In this document: in pieces, positions 1 through 10,973 of the stretch
Layout: each line of letters starts with the position of its first letter
How positions within the stretch are numbered: the first letter of the stretch is position 1
Origin: Lobosporangium transversale
Lineage: Eukaryota
NCBI RefSeq assembly: GCF_002105155.1
Contig: NW_019029002.1
Coordinates: forward strand, 124,001-188,000
Direction of reading: 5' to 3'
Length of the DNA: 64,000 bases
The notes under the pieces: generated by a model
Databases searched by the model: none
What the model saw: only the letters and a program-made list of their open reading frames with translations
What the model was told of the DNA's origin: nothing
Made by a program: the position numbers and the translations under genes

Positions 1-2
1 TG

Positions 3-2156
3 CTAGAACAAGAAGATGAGGAGGGTAAGTTGAGACCGGTCTACTTTTACTCGAAGACCTTTCAAGGAGCCGAACGCAACTACTCTACCTTTGAGCAAGA
101 GTGCCTCGCCGTTGTCATAGCCGTCAAGAAGTTTCGGCCTTACATCCTGGGTAGGTCCGTTGTCGTTTACACAGACCATGCGCCACTCAAATGGTTGTTT
201 TCCAAGACTGATCTGACTGGTCGACCTGCGCGGTGGCAGATGATTCTGTCGGAATTCGAGCTGGTCATTAAGACCAAACCAGGTACGAAGAACGGCAATG
301 CAGACGGGATGAGTCGCATTATGTCGGAAGGAATAGCCACGGATGACATCGATGACGAGGTGCCAGAGTGTCTGAGCCGAAGGGCAGAATCCACAGGAGA
401 AAAGTGGCTGGCGAGCCAATGGTACGCGAACTTCTACATGTACCTAGCCGAGATGAGACTGGAGTTAGAAGACAAAGTTGAAATGAGGAGGATCAAGAGA
501 CAGGCATACAGGTTTCGACTGACGAAGGAAGGTGACCTACTGTATAGAGATGCCGACAACAGAGAGAAGAGGTGCGTAGTTGAGGATGAAGTCGAGGGTG
601 TGCTGAAGGAGGCACACGACAAGGGCGGTCACTATGGAGCAGAGTCTACCCTAGCAACAGTTCGTGACGTGTGTTGGTGGCCAACGATGAGACGGGATGT
701 ATTCCACTGGGTCAAGTCTTGCGGCCGTTGCCAGCAATTTGGAAGTCGAGTGAAACATAACAGGTTGCATCCTACGGTCTCCGAGTTCCCATTTGAAGTT
801 CTCTTCGTTGACTTGATTGAGAACTTAGTCGAAACGCCTAGGGGGATGACCACCATAGTCGTCTTCACAGATTCCTTCACCAAGTGGACTGAAGCACATG
901 CAGTGGCCAACAAAGGCGCGCAAGGCGTCCTAGCTGTTCTATTTATGAAGATTATCTGTCGGTTCGGGCTCCCTGTTATGATTAGATCGGATGGAGGCCC
1001 CGCATTTCGTAACGAATTCAAGACTTTCTGTGACCTCTGGGGGATCAAGCACGTCACTGGTTCGACAAGGCATCCGCAAAGTCAGGGACAGGTCGAGGCG
1101 ACAAATAAGCTTATCGAGGAGCGACTGAGGAGAGTACTGCCAGCTGGATCTAAGGATTGGGATGCATTCCTACCGAAAGCAGTATTCGACGTGAATTGTC
1201 GAGTCGTTAGGAGCACAGGAGTGTCGCCAATGGAAGCACTTATGGGCTACACAGGACAGTCAGCGTTACGGCGACTGTTCGCGGACGACAAGTTCCTCGT
1301 TTCAGCAGAGGCACCGGAAGAGAACGATGTAGTCCTAGAAGAAAGCATGGCGAGATTTATCGTAAGAAGAGAGGGAATCCGTGAGTATGCATACTCATGC
1401 AAGCTTAATGCCAATGACAGGATGAAACGTTACTATGATCGACGTGTTCGCCCACAATCGTTCGAAGTAGGATCAAGGGTTTACATGTTCAATTTGGATT
1501 TCGTCACAGGCTTTGGACGCAAGCTGGAGCCGCGTTGGTTAGGTCCATTTGAAGTAGTCTGGGCGAATGAAAAGGGATCATATGGGATCAAGACGGGTCG
1601 AACGCATTATGGCACAAAGGATGGGGTAGAAACAATTAATGGAGACTTCCTCAAGCTCGCAACTCAAAGGCAACGATTATGGGAAGATGATTTTATTGAG
1701 AACCTACAGAGAGCTACTGAGAAGAATCCCCACTACGCCGACACCGAACAACCTCTCGCGCCAGATCAATTACACCAGCCAAGTCTGGGTCGGGGGCGGG
1801 AGGACACAGCAAACGAAGGCACTCCAATCCAATCTCCACATCCCTTGTCGCCAAGGACAGGTCAAGCTCAATCTCGTGACGCTCCTCAGGCGCAAGTTGC
1901 ACCTTCCGTGAACGAAGCCTCTCGCGAAGACGCGACTGGTCAGCCAAGCCTCTGGAGAATGCCACCTCGCCGTGAAGAAGATACTTCGCCCGTACGCGTT
2001 TCTCAATTGGCTCGTCTATGTCTTGAAAGGCCTCAGCTGACCGCTTATTTAGCTCTCGAGCGGGGGGGGGAACTGTCTGGGACTGAGGAGATTCTGGAGA
2101 AGACTTCTCCGCTGCAAATGGCGAAACAGAGGAAGGGCCAACCTCGTGGTCAGTAA
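3..2156 (+). CDS. pol: Retrotransposon Pol, partial: RNase H, HHCC zinc finger, integrase core, GPY/F region
   Basis: Frame is open from the window edge (LEQEDEEGKLRPVYFYSK). RNase H motifs ERNYSTFEQECLAVV, YTDHAPLKWL and NGNADGMSR; H-x4-H...CGRC zinc finger; catalytic FVD...RSDGG...QVE; KLEPRWLGPF. Confidence 0.95.
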   Translation, partial: LEQEDEEGKLRPVYFYSKTFQGAERNYSTFEQECLAVVIAVKKFRPYILGRSVVVYTDHAPLKWLFSKTDLTGRPARWQMILSEFELVIKTKPGTKNGNADGMSRIMSEGIATDDIDDEVPECLSRRAESTGEKWLASQWYANFYMYLAEMRLELEDKVEMRRIKRQAYRFRLTKEGDLLYRDADNREKRCVVEDEVEGVLKEAHDKGGHYGAESTLATVRDVCWWPTMRRDVFHWVKSCGRCQQFGSRVKHNRLHPTVSEFPFEVLFVDLIENLVETPRGMTTIVVFTDSFTKWTEAHAVANKGAQGVLAVLFMKIICRFGLPVMIRSDGGPAFRNEFKTFCDLWGIKHVTGSTRHPQSQGQVEATNKLIEERLRRVLPAGSKDWDAFLPKAVFDVNCRVVRSTGVSPMEALMGYTGQSALRRLFADDKFLVSAEAPEENDVVLEESMARFIVRREGIREYAYSCKLNANDRMKRYYDRRVRPQSFEVGSRVYMFNLDFVTGFGRKLEPRWLGPFEVVWANEKGSYGIKTGRTHYGTKDGVETINGDFLKLATQRQRLWEDDFIENLQRATEKNPHYADTEQPLAPDQLHQPSLGRGREDTANEGTPIQSPHPLSPRTGQAQSRDAPQAQVAPSVNEASREDATGQPSLWRMPPRREEDTSPVRVSQLARLCLERPQLTAYLALERGGELSGTEEILEKTSPLQMAKQRKGQPRGQ

Positions 2157-2430
2157 GGGCAACCACCTCAGGAGAAGCAGAAGAAGGGGGAGTGACAACG
2201 ACGGCAGGAGCAGGAACAACGGCAGGAGTAGAAGAAGAAGCAGAAGCAGGAGGAGTGGTAGGGGTCGAAGGAGTGATAGGAGAGTGAGAAGTGGCAGCAG
2301 GACGCGACTCTGGAGACGTGCCCAAAGACAGACTTAAGCTCTTGTCCGAAGAGGGAAGCATTGTCTTGGTGGAAGTGGTTGGTCTTGGGCAAGGAGGAAC
2401 CTCGTCTTTCTTAATAACAGTGCGGGCCAT
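1714..2430 (-). CDS. Antisense ORF inside the retrotransposon (238 aa; S/T/P-rich N-half, charged helical-looking C-half), function unknown
   Basis: ATG at 2430 (MARTVIKKDEVPP) is open to a stop at 1714. On the minus strand it is preceded by CCAAT (2599-2595), TATA-like CATAAAT (2542-2536) and a T-rich leader. Confidence 0.55.
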   Translation of the reverse strand: MARTVIKKDEVPPCPRPTTSTKTMLPSSDKSLSLSLGTSPESRPAATSHSPITPSTPTTPPASASSSTPAVVPAPAVVVTPPSSASPEVVALTDHEVGPSSVSPFAAEKSSPESPQSQTVPPPARELNKRSAEAFQDIDEPIEKRVRAKYLLHGEVAFSRGLADQSRLRERLRSRKVQLAPEERHEIELDLSLATRDVEIGLECLRLLCPPAPDPDLAGVIDLAREVVRCRRSGDSSQ

Positions 2431-2779
2431 GATGACGATGAAGTAGTTCAAGCAGGGCAAGGAGGAAGGAGTTGCGAATGAAAAAAAAGAAAAAAAAAAA
2501 AAAAAAAAAAAAAGGGAATGGAGGAATGAACCAACATTTATGTCCATGGCAACATCATCATGTGGAAGTAATGGCGTGATCACGGATCAAAATGATTGGC
2601 CGAAGAAAGAAAATTTTCCTTGGTCGATGCCAAGGCGAACCAAAGGGTGACAAGAACAATGATGCAATGACCAAAATGCGGGGTAGCAAGAGTCAAGGTG
2701 GAAAGAGGTAGAAGCGCAAACAGCACAATGAGTTTCTTTCTTTTTGAGCTGCGGCTTGGCGGAGCCGAACTTCGCAGCT

Positions 2780-2787
2780 GGTGGGGG
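2780..2787 (+). other. Polypurine-tract-like primer site (GGTGGGGG) abutting the LTR
   Basis: G-rich run immediately before TGTTG at 2788. Confidence 0.6.
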
Positions 2788-3051
2788 TGTTGGTTTTAGT
2801 TTTAGTCACGTGTAGAGGGTTCGCCACCAACTATTTAACGAGCAACAGCTCAGGAAAATCTGGCTCCTTGTTCCTTATTTTTACACAAGAGCCATTTGAG
2901 TACTGACTGTTCTCGTCCAGTCTTTGAGTAGTGTGTGTGTTCTTTTATTGTGTTAGAATTATTTATCTATCTGCAGCTGGAAGTGACCGGCTTCATAATC
3001 CACCAAAACGACCTAAATCTCCTACCACATCTGCCCCTAAATTTTGCAACA
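2788..3051 (+). repeat. 3' LTR (264 bp)
   Basis: Perfect 5-bp terminal inverted repeat TGTTG...CAACA, directly after the PPT, with TATA-like CTATTTAA near 2831. Predicted target-site duplication is GCATT (3052-3056); it cannot be verified in this window. Confidence 0.8.
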
Positions 3052-4308
3052 GCATTGAGAAAGGATGGTAAGAATAGAGTTGTACATGGATGTTGAACGC
3101 ATTACACACCGAAAATAATAATGGTATATAAAGGTATATAAAATAGAGAGATCAGGAACAAGCAATAGGTGAAAATATGTTTGAAAGTGGTAAAGATTGC
3201 GGAAAATAAAAAATAAAAAAATAAAAAAAGACAGGAAGACGCTCTACAACTTCTGAAAAAGGAAAGAAAATCTGTGCAAATTTATTACGCGTCTTGCTTA
3301 ACTTGATGCAACTAAAGTCTAGGACTGCGATTTCTTATTAATAAAGAGACTATGCTTATTACATGTCCCTCAATACGACATTCCTTCCCCTTTCCTCCTC
3401 ATCCTAGTCTTGCACCGTGAGCGCGGATTTACCGAGTTATGGACACGGAGCAGAGAGGAATGAGAGAATAAGGAGGAGGAAAACGAGGAGGAAGACAGGG
3501 AAAAAAGGGACTTCAATAGAAGCACATTTTCCCCAGTTAGGAATCCATATTTGATGCCACAATACATCAATTTATCGTCAGGTTGGTAGCATTCTATAAA
3601 CCTATAAAAGATTAAGTTGGACGGTATGGTAGTCATGGCTTACACAAATGTTCGGCGCACGTTCAGGGCGTTCCATCTGCAACAAAAATGAGAATGACAA
3701 AGGCTCCTTTTCAGGGGTAGAAGAAGAGAGCTGAAAGGCCCCATGAAAATAAAAAAAAAATAGTAATAGTAAACAATCATGAAACACTTTTGCACGTATG
3801 GACTCCATCTTAGCACAATGTATTATCTGTCTTTTTGTTATTGATCTGGTTTATTCAAAATATCATTTCCAGACTCTTTTGCCGAGTGAAGAAATTGGTA
3901 AAATTGATGGAGTCAACTTTTCTGTAATACAGTGTTTAAATAATTATAATCACAATGGCTTTCACTGGATTTTCGGCCCAGGGATAGTATCATTAGAAGG
4001 AAGAATAAAAAAAGCAACATCGTCGATATTCTATCCCCCTCTCTTTTTTGTACTCATATGGGGATGAGTTATGCATTGTATTCTCGTTTGAGTCCCTCCT
4101 GCCTTTCGCAGCATCCTTTTACTCTTGTCCCTGCTTCTCTTTCATCCTGCCCCTGAATTCGTGTTCAATACCCCCATAGATGCCTGCGCCTTGTAAAAGG
4201 GGTAAAGAATGCATTCACTTTCAGATGAGCGTCGATCTGTTCAATTGTATTCTACGCCTTTGGTGCTTGTGCACAGAGTACCGTGCGTTCATGCACTTGC
4301 ATTAATCA

Positions 4309-4368
4309 GTCTTTTTTTTTTTTTTTTTTTTTTTTTTCTAAAAAAAAAAAAAAAAAAAAAAAAAAGAC
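4309..4368. repeat. Perfect hairpin GTC-T26-CT-A26-GAC
   Basis: Counted directly: 29-bp arms with a 2-nt loop. Confidence 0.85.
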
Positions 4369-4542
4369 AAAGAGCCTAGGCGACCTGATTCATCACTTCG
4401 TCTTACCATTGATAAAGATTCTTCATTGACTGGTCCAGAGGTTGTGTACCCAATTCGTGATATCAGCTCGTATGAAGTATTTCCGACAAGTACATGATTG
4501 CTAGAACCTCAATTATTTTTATTATTGTTATCACTACAATTG

Positions 4543-4573
<31 letters not shown>

Positions 4574-6614
4574 TTCCTGCTCACCCCCTGACGAGCTTGG
4601 GCCTGTGGCGAGATAATTCCGTGCTACCAGGAGCAGAGCATAAAATCAATGGTTCGGAGCTCGTACCGTTGCCCCGCCTATTCTTATTCACTCTCATATC
4701 CTTTTCTATCCTATGAATTGACTACATGTGATTCTGAGGGTTTTAACAGAGTCCCTTTTTTCGACTGAAAGTCCCTTTTGTGACAGCTGCCAAGACATAC
4801 ATACTGCTTTGGGTTCTTGCCTGTCATTAGGCTCCGGCGTGGTACAACAATTCAGCCGCTTCGTATTCCGAGAATTTTTTTAGTACAACAGGGACATGAA
4901 GCCATACCTTTCAAGGTTTCGTCGTCTGTTAATACGCTACATCCTCATCCATAGATCATCTACGCCAGAACCATGTCTTCGATACTTTTAAGGTTAATTG
5001 CGCCCAAACCCAATTGTTCTAGTTACTAAATCGCGAATGCCCAGGGTAACCCTGTTCCCTTCAAAGATCCAAGTCTTAAAAAGAGCATATTGGTACTATG
5101 GTGATGATCCCATCTACTTTCATTAGTTTTGTTTTATCGGGCTGTTAACATCTTTAGGATTTGGACCTTCGTTGTCGTCATCATAGCACCGCATTTAATC
5201 TCATAAGGAGTACTTGACTGCCGATGATAAATTGCATCAAGGCAGTTCTTCTCTGACACTGCTTTTTGTAAGATAAATTAAGAAATTTTGCCATGGGTCT
5301 GGCTTACGGCTCGACTCTCTAAGCAGTCCTATTGTCCCCTTTCCTTAATTTGCTATTTTCAAGATCATGTTTGTCAGATTGTGCCTTGTTGTCTGATCAG
5401 TTCTCTTACTGGCCCTTGGTATTTGCTATCTTGACCATCTTTCCTCCCTTTTCTGCCTCTGTCGTCCAAGCCAGATTATCTTGGCTCAAACACTCCCCGA
5501 CTCCTACTTTTTTAGTCGCAGAAAAAAGAAATGTGTTCCTTTTCTGTATAGAGAATATGGTGTGTCCATTCTCTTTAGCCTGCCTTATTTCCACACTCCC
5601 CTTCGTGCCCCGTCTCCCTTCTCCCCTCGCTGTTTCCCCATCCTACCCCACTCCGCCTTTGAATCTTTTTTTTTTTTAGGCCCTCAAACATCTCCACAGA
5701 CACAAACAAACAAATAAGAAGTTCACTATTGCCGGCTTCTGTTGACACCCCTTGTTTCCAGAATCTGGATCTCCCACTACCCAGCTTTCAAATCTCTGAG
5801 CTGCCCGGCATGGTCGTATGTTATTCATTCTTTTAGTTTTAGTATAAAAAGTACCGACGACTTCCTTTGCTTCGGCTTTTTTTTTAATTTTCCCTTTCTT
5901 TTCTTTTTCTTTTCTTTTCTTTCTTTGTTGTCATCAACCACAGTTCATATTGTTCATTGTTGCACTTAGCTTATTAAACACAATCAACACTCTTATATTT
6001 CATCGTGCGATCCTCTTGATAAACATCCATCACCTCCTATGATGTTCATCATTACAATTCTTTTTTAATGTAATATAGTTTAATAGTGTAGGTAATTAAT
6101 CCGAGAAGTGCAACCATGAAACTTCAGCGCATTATTGTTCGTGTAAACATGGACTAATTGGGATAACAAATCTGTCTTTTTTTTTTTTTTTTTTTTTTTT
6201 TTTGTAGATTCGAGCGTATTACAAACAACATCAAGACCATATCGCTTCTTTCTTTTCTTTCTTTCTTTCTTTCTTTCTTTTTTTTTTTTTTTTTTTTTTT
6301 TTTTTCAGCCACAGATAGCTAAAATCAAATCAACCACACAGCTTCCTCGTCCCTCTTCCTCTTCTGCACCCAACCCCTTCTTTCGGCATAAAAAATAGAA
6401 CATCCTCTTGCTTTGTTTATTCTTATTCATATTTCGCGTTTCTTCGAAATTGTGATCTTGTTACCAAAGAAACAGTCAGATTCACAGATCACAAACTCAA
6501 ACTTCGTTCACCTTGCTCGTAATTCTACTTATCACTCACTGTAGCTCAGCTGAAGCTGTCTTTCAGTAGAACAATCATCACCATCACCATCTTTTCGAGC
6601 ATATAAAGCCTGTC

Positions 6615-7934
6615 ATGTCGTCTGCTGTTGATCTTCCCTCGATCCAGACTAAACTCTGTCCTTATTCCACTTCCACCGAACCCTCGCGTCCTCGTCGATC
6701 TGTCTCACCTGACCTAACTTCTCCATCCATGACGTTCCAAAACAGGTTCTACTCGAGCTCCTCTGCATCGTCTTATCTCTCCACTTACAGCTTGTCCTCA
6801 GACCGCTCACTGCCCACCTCGCCTGGCCCTGCTACGCCCTGTGACATGACGAGTCAATCCCCTTCGTTCTCACACGAATCGATCTACAAGCCTTCATTGT
6901 ACAACTCGCAGCATAAACACCCCCTCTTTTCTTCATATACTTCTTCTCCATCCCCTCCTTTGATTTCTTCTCCTCAGCGATATACAACTTCTCTTTCTCC
7001 CATTTCTTCCTTCCGTCATCGCCCCCACCAATCTTATCATCATTCTCACCAGCAACAGAAGCGGTATTCTCAAGCCAGCTGTCAAGAGCGCCCTTTCCCA
7101 TCATCTTCCCGAGACCTTCCAAATCCATCTTGCCCTAGAGACATGCTGCCTAACCGCCCGCTTCATGGCCATAGTGATTATCGCCTTTCTTACCATCATC
7201 ATCCACAGCACCAAGGATACCAACAACGATTATCCTACAGCACCAGTGCCAATAACAGCAGCAACAACCATCATCAAATCGACCACTTTCAAGTATTATT
7301 GCCCCCTGGAGCTTCCTATAATCCTTCATTAACACACCACACTGCTGCTCGTACCATGATAACCACCCTCAAGGAGGAAGAGCAAGAGCCATCAGTACAT
7401 ATGCGATCTATTACCCCACCATGCATGGCGAGATCGAGCCATGATCACTCTACGGTATCCTCAGCTGAGGACGACCGAAGCGACTATTATCCCTCAATAT
7501 CGCGCTCCCCTTCATTCTCTCGGGATTCATCGCCTACTGTGTCCTCTGATAGTATTGGATCAATGTCAGAAGCTTCTGCATCCATGATCTCTTTGATCTC
7601 ATCGTCCTCTTCCTCTTCCACTTCCACTCCTATGGTCCCAATCTCTACTACCACCCAGTCACTACTGTGCCCCGTCTGCAGCCGTGCCTTCAAGCCTAGC
7701 AAGAATCAAAACTGTAATTTAAGAAGACACTTGAAGAACGTCCACAACATGTCGCCTACTATCCACCCAAGGAAGTGCAAGTGGGACTCTTTACCCGACG
7801 GTCGCGTGAAGGATGATAAGGACCGAAAAGAGCGTACTCGTAAGAGCAAGCGGCTTTGGGCGCGCAAGTTTCGTCTGCGACGCAAAGTCGAAGAAGCTGC
7901 TGTGGTCCTCAGTATGCTTAGCCAAGCTGTTTAG
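6615..7934 (+). CDS. C2H2 zinc-finger protein (439 aa), putative transcription factor
   Basis: Intron-free ORF with a long S/P/H/Q-rich region. CPVCSRAF...LRRHLKNVH zinc finger is followed by the basic helix RKERTRKSKRLWARKFRLRRK. Confidence 0.85.
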   Translation: MSSAVDLPSIQTKLCPYSTSTEPSRPRRSVSPDLTSPSMTFQNRFYSSSSASSYLSTYSLSSDRSLPTSPGPATPCDMTSQSPSFSHESIYKPSLYNSQHKHPLFSSYTSSPSPPLISSPQRYTTSLSPISSFRHRPHQSYHHSHQQQKRYSQASCQERPFPSSSRDLPNPSCPRDMLPNRPLHGHSDYRLSYHHHPQHQGYQQRLSYSTSANNSSNNHHQIDHFQVLLPPGASYNPSLTHHTAARTMITTLKEEEQEPSVHMRSITPPCMARSSHDHSTVSSAEDDRSDYYPSISRSPSFSRDSSPTVSSDSIGSMSEASASMISLISSSSSSSTSTPMVPISTTTQSLLCPVCSRAFKPSKNQNCNLRRHLKNVHNMSPTIHPRKCKWDSLPDGRVKDDKDRKERTRKSKRLWARKFRLRRKVEEAAVVLSMLSQAV

Positions 7935-7958
7935 ACCAGAAGAGTCAAAACAATTCGC

Positions 7959-8006
<48 letters not shown>

Positions 8007-9351
8007 GAGGCAAAACGACGGCTTGCGCAAAGTGGAGGATGTTCATGAGTTCAGAATCTTACAACTACAATCCTAATCAAGTTCTTATCTACAGCGAAGG
8101 GAGTCAAAAAGAAAACAAAACAAAATGATGAAAGTGGTGGCTAATCGAAAGCTGGACGCCCTTTGCCACCTCATTTCTCCATATTCATCCCTTCGAAAAA
8201 AAAAAAAAAAAAAAAAAATCTCACTCTCTTTTGTTTTCGATTTACCGACCAAGAGGGGAGAGTGAATCTACTTCGCCTCCCTTCTAAATATCCCTTTCAC
8301 ACGCATATATACGTACGCTTTTTTTTTTTTCTTTCTCCTTTTAATCCACCTTCGCAGCCTCTCTTTACTTTTTCTTTTATTCCTTCTTTTGTTTCATATT
8401 GTGAATGTGGCTATTGTCCCTAATAAGAATGAAGGATGGGAACAAAGTACAACTTGGTTTCTTAATCAGGGTTGGCTGTTGGTGAGGGAAGAGTGAATTG
8501 ACATTTGTATCCATGAATTTTTTATCTTACAATCTACTTTAAAAAGAGTGAGAGGAACTATGATAGTTTTCATTCATTCAGTTGTATCATACGTCTTGCT
8601 TTGGGTCTTTCTTCTCTTTGTACATTTTTTTTTCTTTAGTTCTATCCAATCTTCTCACCCTTCGATACTTGTACATATCGCATATTCCACATCTCTCTTT
8701 GTTTTCTAGCAGGCAGATTCCTTTAGGAAGAATATAGTCAAAATAAAAATGAATAGTATAATAAATGTATAGTACAGCCCGTTCCATTTGGTCGCGATCC
8801 CTTATATTTTTTGAATACTCTTAAATGTATTGGCAGCCGCTTGTTATTGCAAGTGATGTGACTGGTCATTAAAATTAATTTCAGTTTATTTTGTATCCAC
8901 TAATCTGTCGAACCAGCTTAAAGGAATCTTTGCGCAAAGCCTTTGTAGTCATAGGCGGGTCCGCCTCACCTAGAAACTACCGAGTATAAAAGCCAAAGAA
9001 ACTTCCTTCTTAATAAAGTCTTCAGTTTTCCCCACATGTCTTATTCTTCACCCGCAGTTCATCTTGCCATTTATCTTTTTCCCCTTTTCACAACAAGCAT
9101 TTGTCTTCCGGTAACTCAGTTTGTGAGCTCACCTATAAAGCTCCCATCTTTTCTTTTGACATTCTATGGCGCTGTTTGTAGTCAAGGTTATTTGACTCTA
9201 TTTTCTCTTGTCAATCTTGTTGACACTCTTTGTCCTGCCTTTTCCTGATTGTGTCTATCTTTCTGTCCCTTAAGCAAAGATATTTTTTACAACAATGCCA
9301 CCAAGCCAATTTATTAGGATTAAGATATGTGGGGTCTATATGTTGTCTAAA

Positions 9352-9486
9352 TAGTCCTCCCCATAAAAAAACACCATCTAGACCAAGCATAGAAATAAAG
9401 AGATTAGTCAAGAAAGCACTGTCAAGCTAATACTTACAACTTTTTCAAGACGAAGGCCTTTCCCGACCTAGTCATGTTTGTAGTAG
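9352..9486 (+). repeat. Left copy of a ~135-bp dispersed repeat (inverted relative to 16766-16899)
   Basis: TAGTCCTCCCCATAAAAAAAC...AAGACGAAGGCCTTTCCCGACCTAGTCATGTTTGTAGTAG aligns to the reverse complement of 16766-16899. The inner 22 nt are identical; the middle has indels. Confidence 0.85.
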
Positions 9487-10465
9487 CTCATGAAAAATTT
9501 TAGACAGACAAATAGTAACCAGGGAGCAGAAGTGAGAATAGGATGTGGGTTCACACATCACATCCATGGGGCATTTATCCAAATTTGTATCAAAATAAAA
9601 CTGTAAGTTTGTATCGGGCACCACACCATGGGGCATAGAGCTGTTGGTATGTCTGTATTATAAATTTTCATGTAACACGTGTACTGTGAAATATGCAACT
9701 AATCATATCCTATTGTTGTTGCCGGCCTGGTGTCTTTCCTCCCCATGGATTCAACGAGGGCTATTTTGGTATCTCGAGTTTGGACTCAACCCGTCAGTGA
9801 GCATTGGTGCAACGCATATAAGGCACACAGGCTGTTGACGAGCCTACTTCTCACCTTCACCGTTTGACGCAGGTCAGGGTTGTGACAGTCTAGCGAAGAA
9901 AACATAAGGGCATTAACAATATCAGGATCGCATTAGACGGTAGTTGTGGTATTTGCAGATGAAAATAGGGAAGAACTGCGCAAACCCAGCGGATCAAATA
10001 AAAGAAAAAGTGAGTCGACTCAAGCGGAGGACGACAAGTCCAATAGGCCAAGCAGGGATAAGGGACCAAGGAAAAAGTAGCGATCGTTTCTTTTACTTCT
10101 TTTTACTCGCCATTGTTTATGACAATGGCACAGACACAATTTTGTAATATAGCACTAATAGATAAATTAAAATATCGCTATTCAATAAACCTGAGCAAGG
10201 AGAAGTGAGCACACCAAGCGGATTGCCGCAGCTGCATCATCAGAATTTTCTCAAGCAAGTGGCAAGTTGTTTCTATGAGTGGCGGAATAGGAATCCTCTC
10301 TCAAATGAATTGCCATTTGACGATAGGCTCGTCACTAAGAGCGGACAATTTGCCTTGCAGCACGTTCATTCGCTGCAGGTGGCTTCGACCTCTGGTGACG
10401 AAGTTCATGTGCACATGCACGTACTGAAAGGCAAATCTGGCTCGCTCTTGCAGACACTTCTCTCT

Positions 10466-10910
10466 CAGGCTGGGACCAAACTTGACATTTTGGCTGGAGG
10501 TCTCTTTTTTTAAATTTGAAAGAGTTTCTAAGTCAAACACACCGCTAGGAAAGGCTCTTTTTTTTTCTAAGTCATTTACACCATAGGGAATAGCTTTTTT
10601 CTTATTTCTTTTAATTTTCTTATATTTTTTTAAAGGTGAGAATGATGAGAGGTAAATTTCGTAGTGATAATCGGATGGATAAATGAGATTGTGAAGAAAA
10701 ATAGTAGCATGCTTCACACGTAGGCCATTTTCCTCTGATCTGTAGGACTTTGCTTGAAAAAAATGATTTTTAAAAAAAAAAAGCTGTCCCCTGTGGTGTA
10801 AATGACTTTGAAAAAAAAAGAGCCTTTCCTAGCGGTGTGTTTGATTTAGAAACTTTTTCAAATTTAAAAAAGAGACCTCCAGCCAAAATGTCAAGTTTGG
10901 TCCCAGCCTG
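10466..10910. mobile_element. MITE (445 bp) with ~135-bp terminal inverted repeats, CAGGCTGGG...CCCAGCCTG
   Basis: 10466-10600 is the near-perfect reverse complement of about 10773-10910. CAG...CTG termini are hAT-like. No coding capacity and no clean TSD. Confidence 0.88.
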
Positions 10911-10973
10911 TGCATGTGCACATGAACTTCGTCCTCAGGCTGGTGACGAGACTGAGAAATGAGTTCTTTGCGC

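Larger units (their letters stand above)
1..3051 (+). mobile_element. 3' part of a Ty3/Gypsy LTR retrotransposon (5' end lies outside the window)
   Basis: RNase H-then-integrase domain order, a G-rich PPT-like tract and a TG...CA LTR downstream. Confidence 0.93.

Noticed and set aside
3..1057. Minus-strand ORFs opposite RNase H/integrase
   Set aside because: Shadow ORFs of pol with no motifs or promoter signals.
8826..9036. Possible solo LTR (TG...CA with TATAAAA and AATAAA)
   Set aside because: No matching target-site duplication, only a 3-4 bp terminal inverted match, and no second copy in the window.
9671..9887. Possible solo LTR TGTAACA...TGTGACA with TATAA
   Set aside because: Flanks TTTCA and GTCTA do not match and there is no PBS or PPT; unsupported without a genome search.
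10205..10717. ORFs 10205-10513 (+) and 10301-10717 (-) as a transposase
   Set aside because: They run through MITE arms and show no DDE or DNA-binding motifs.
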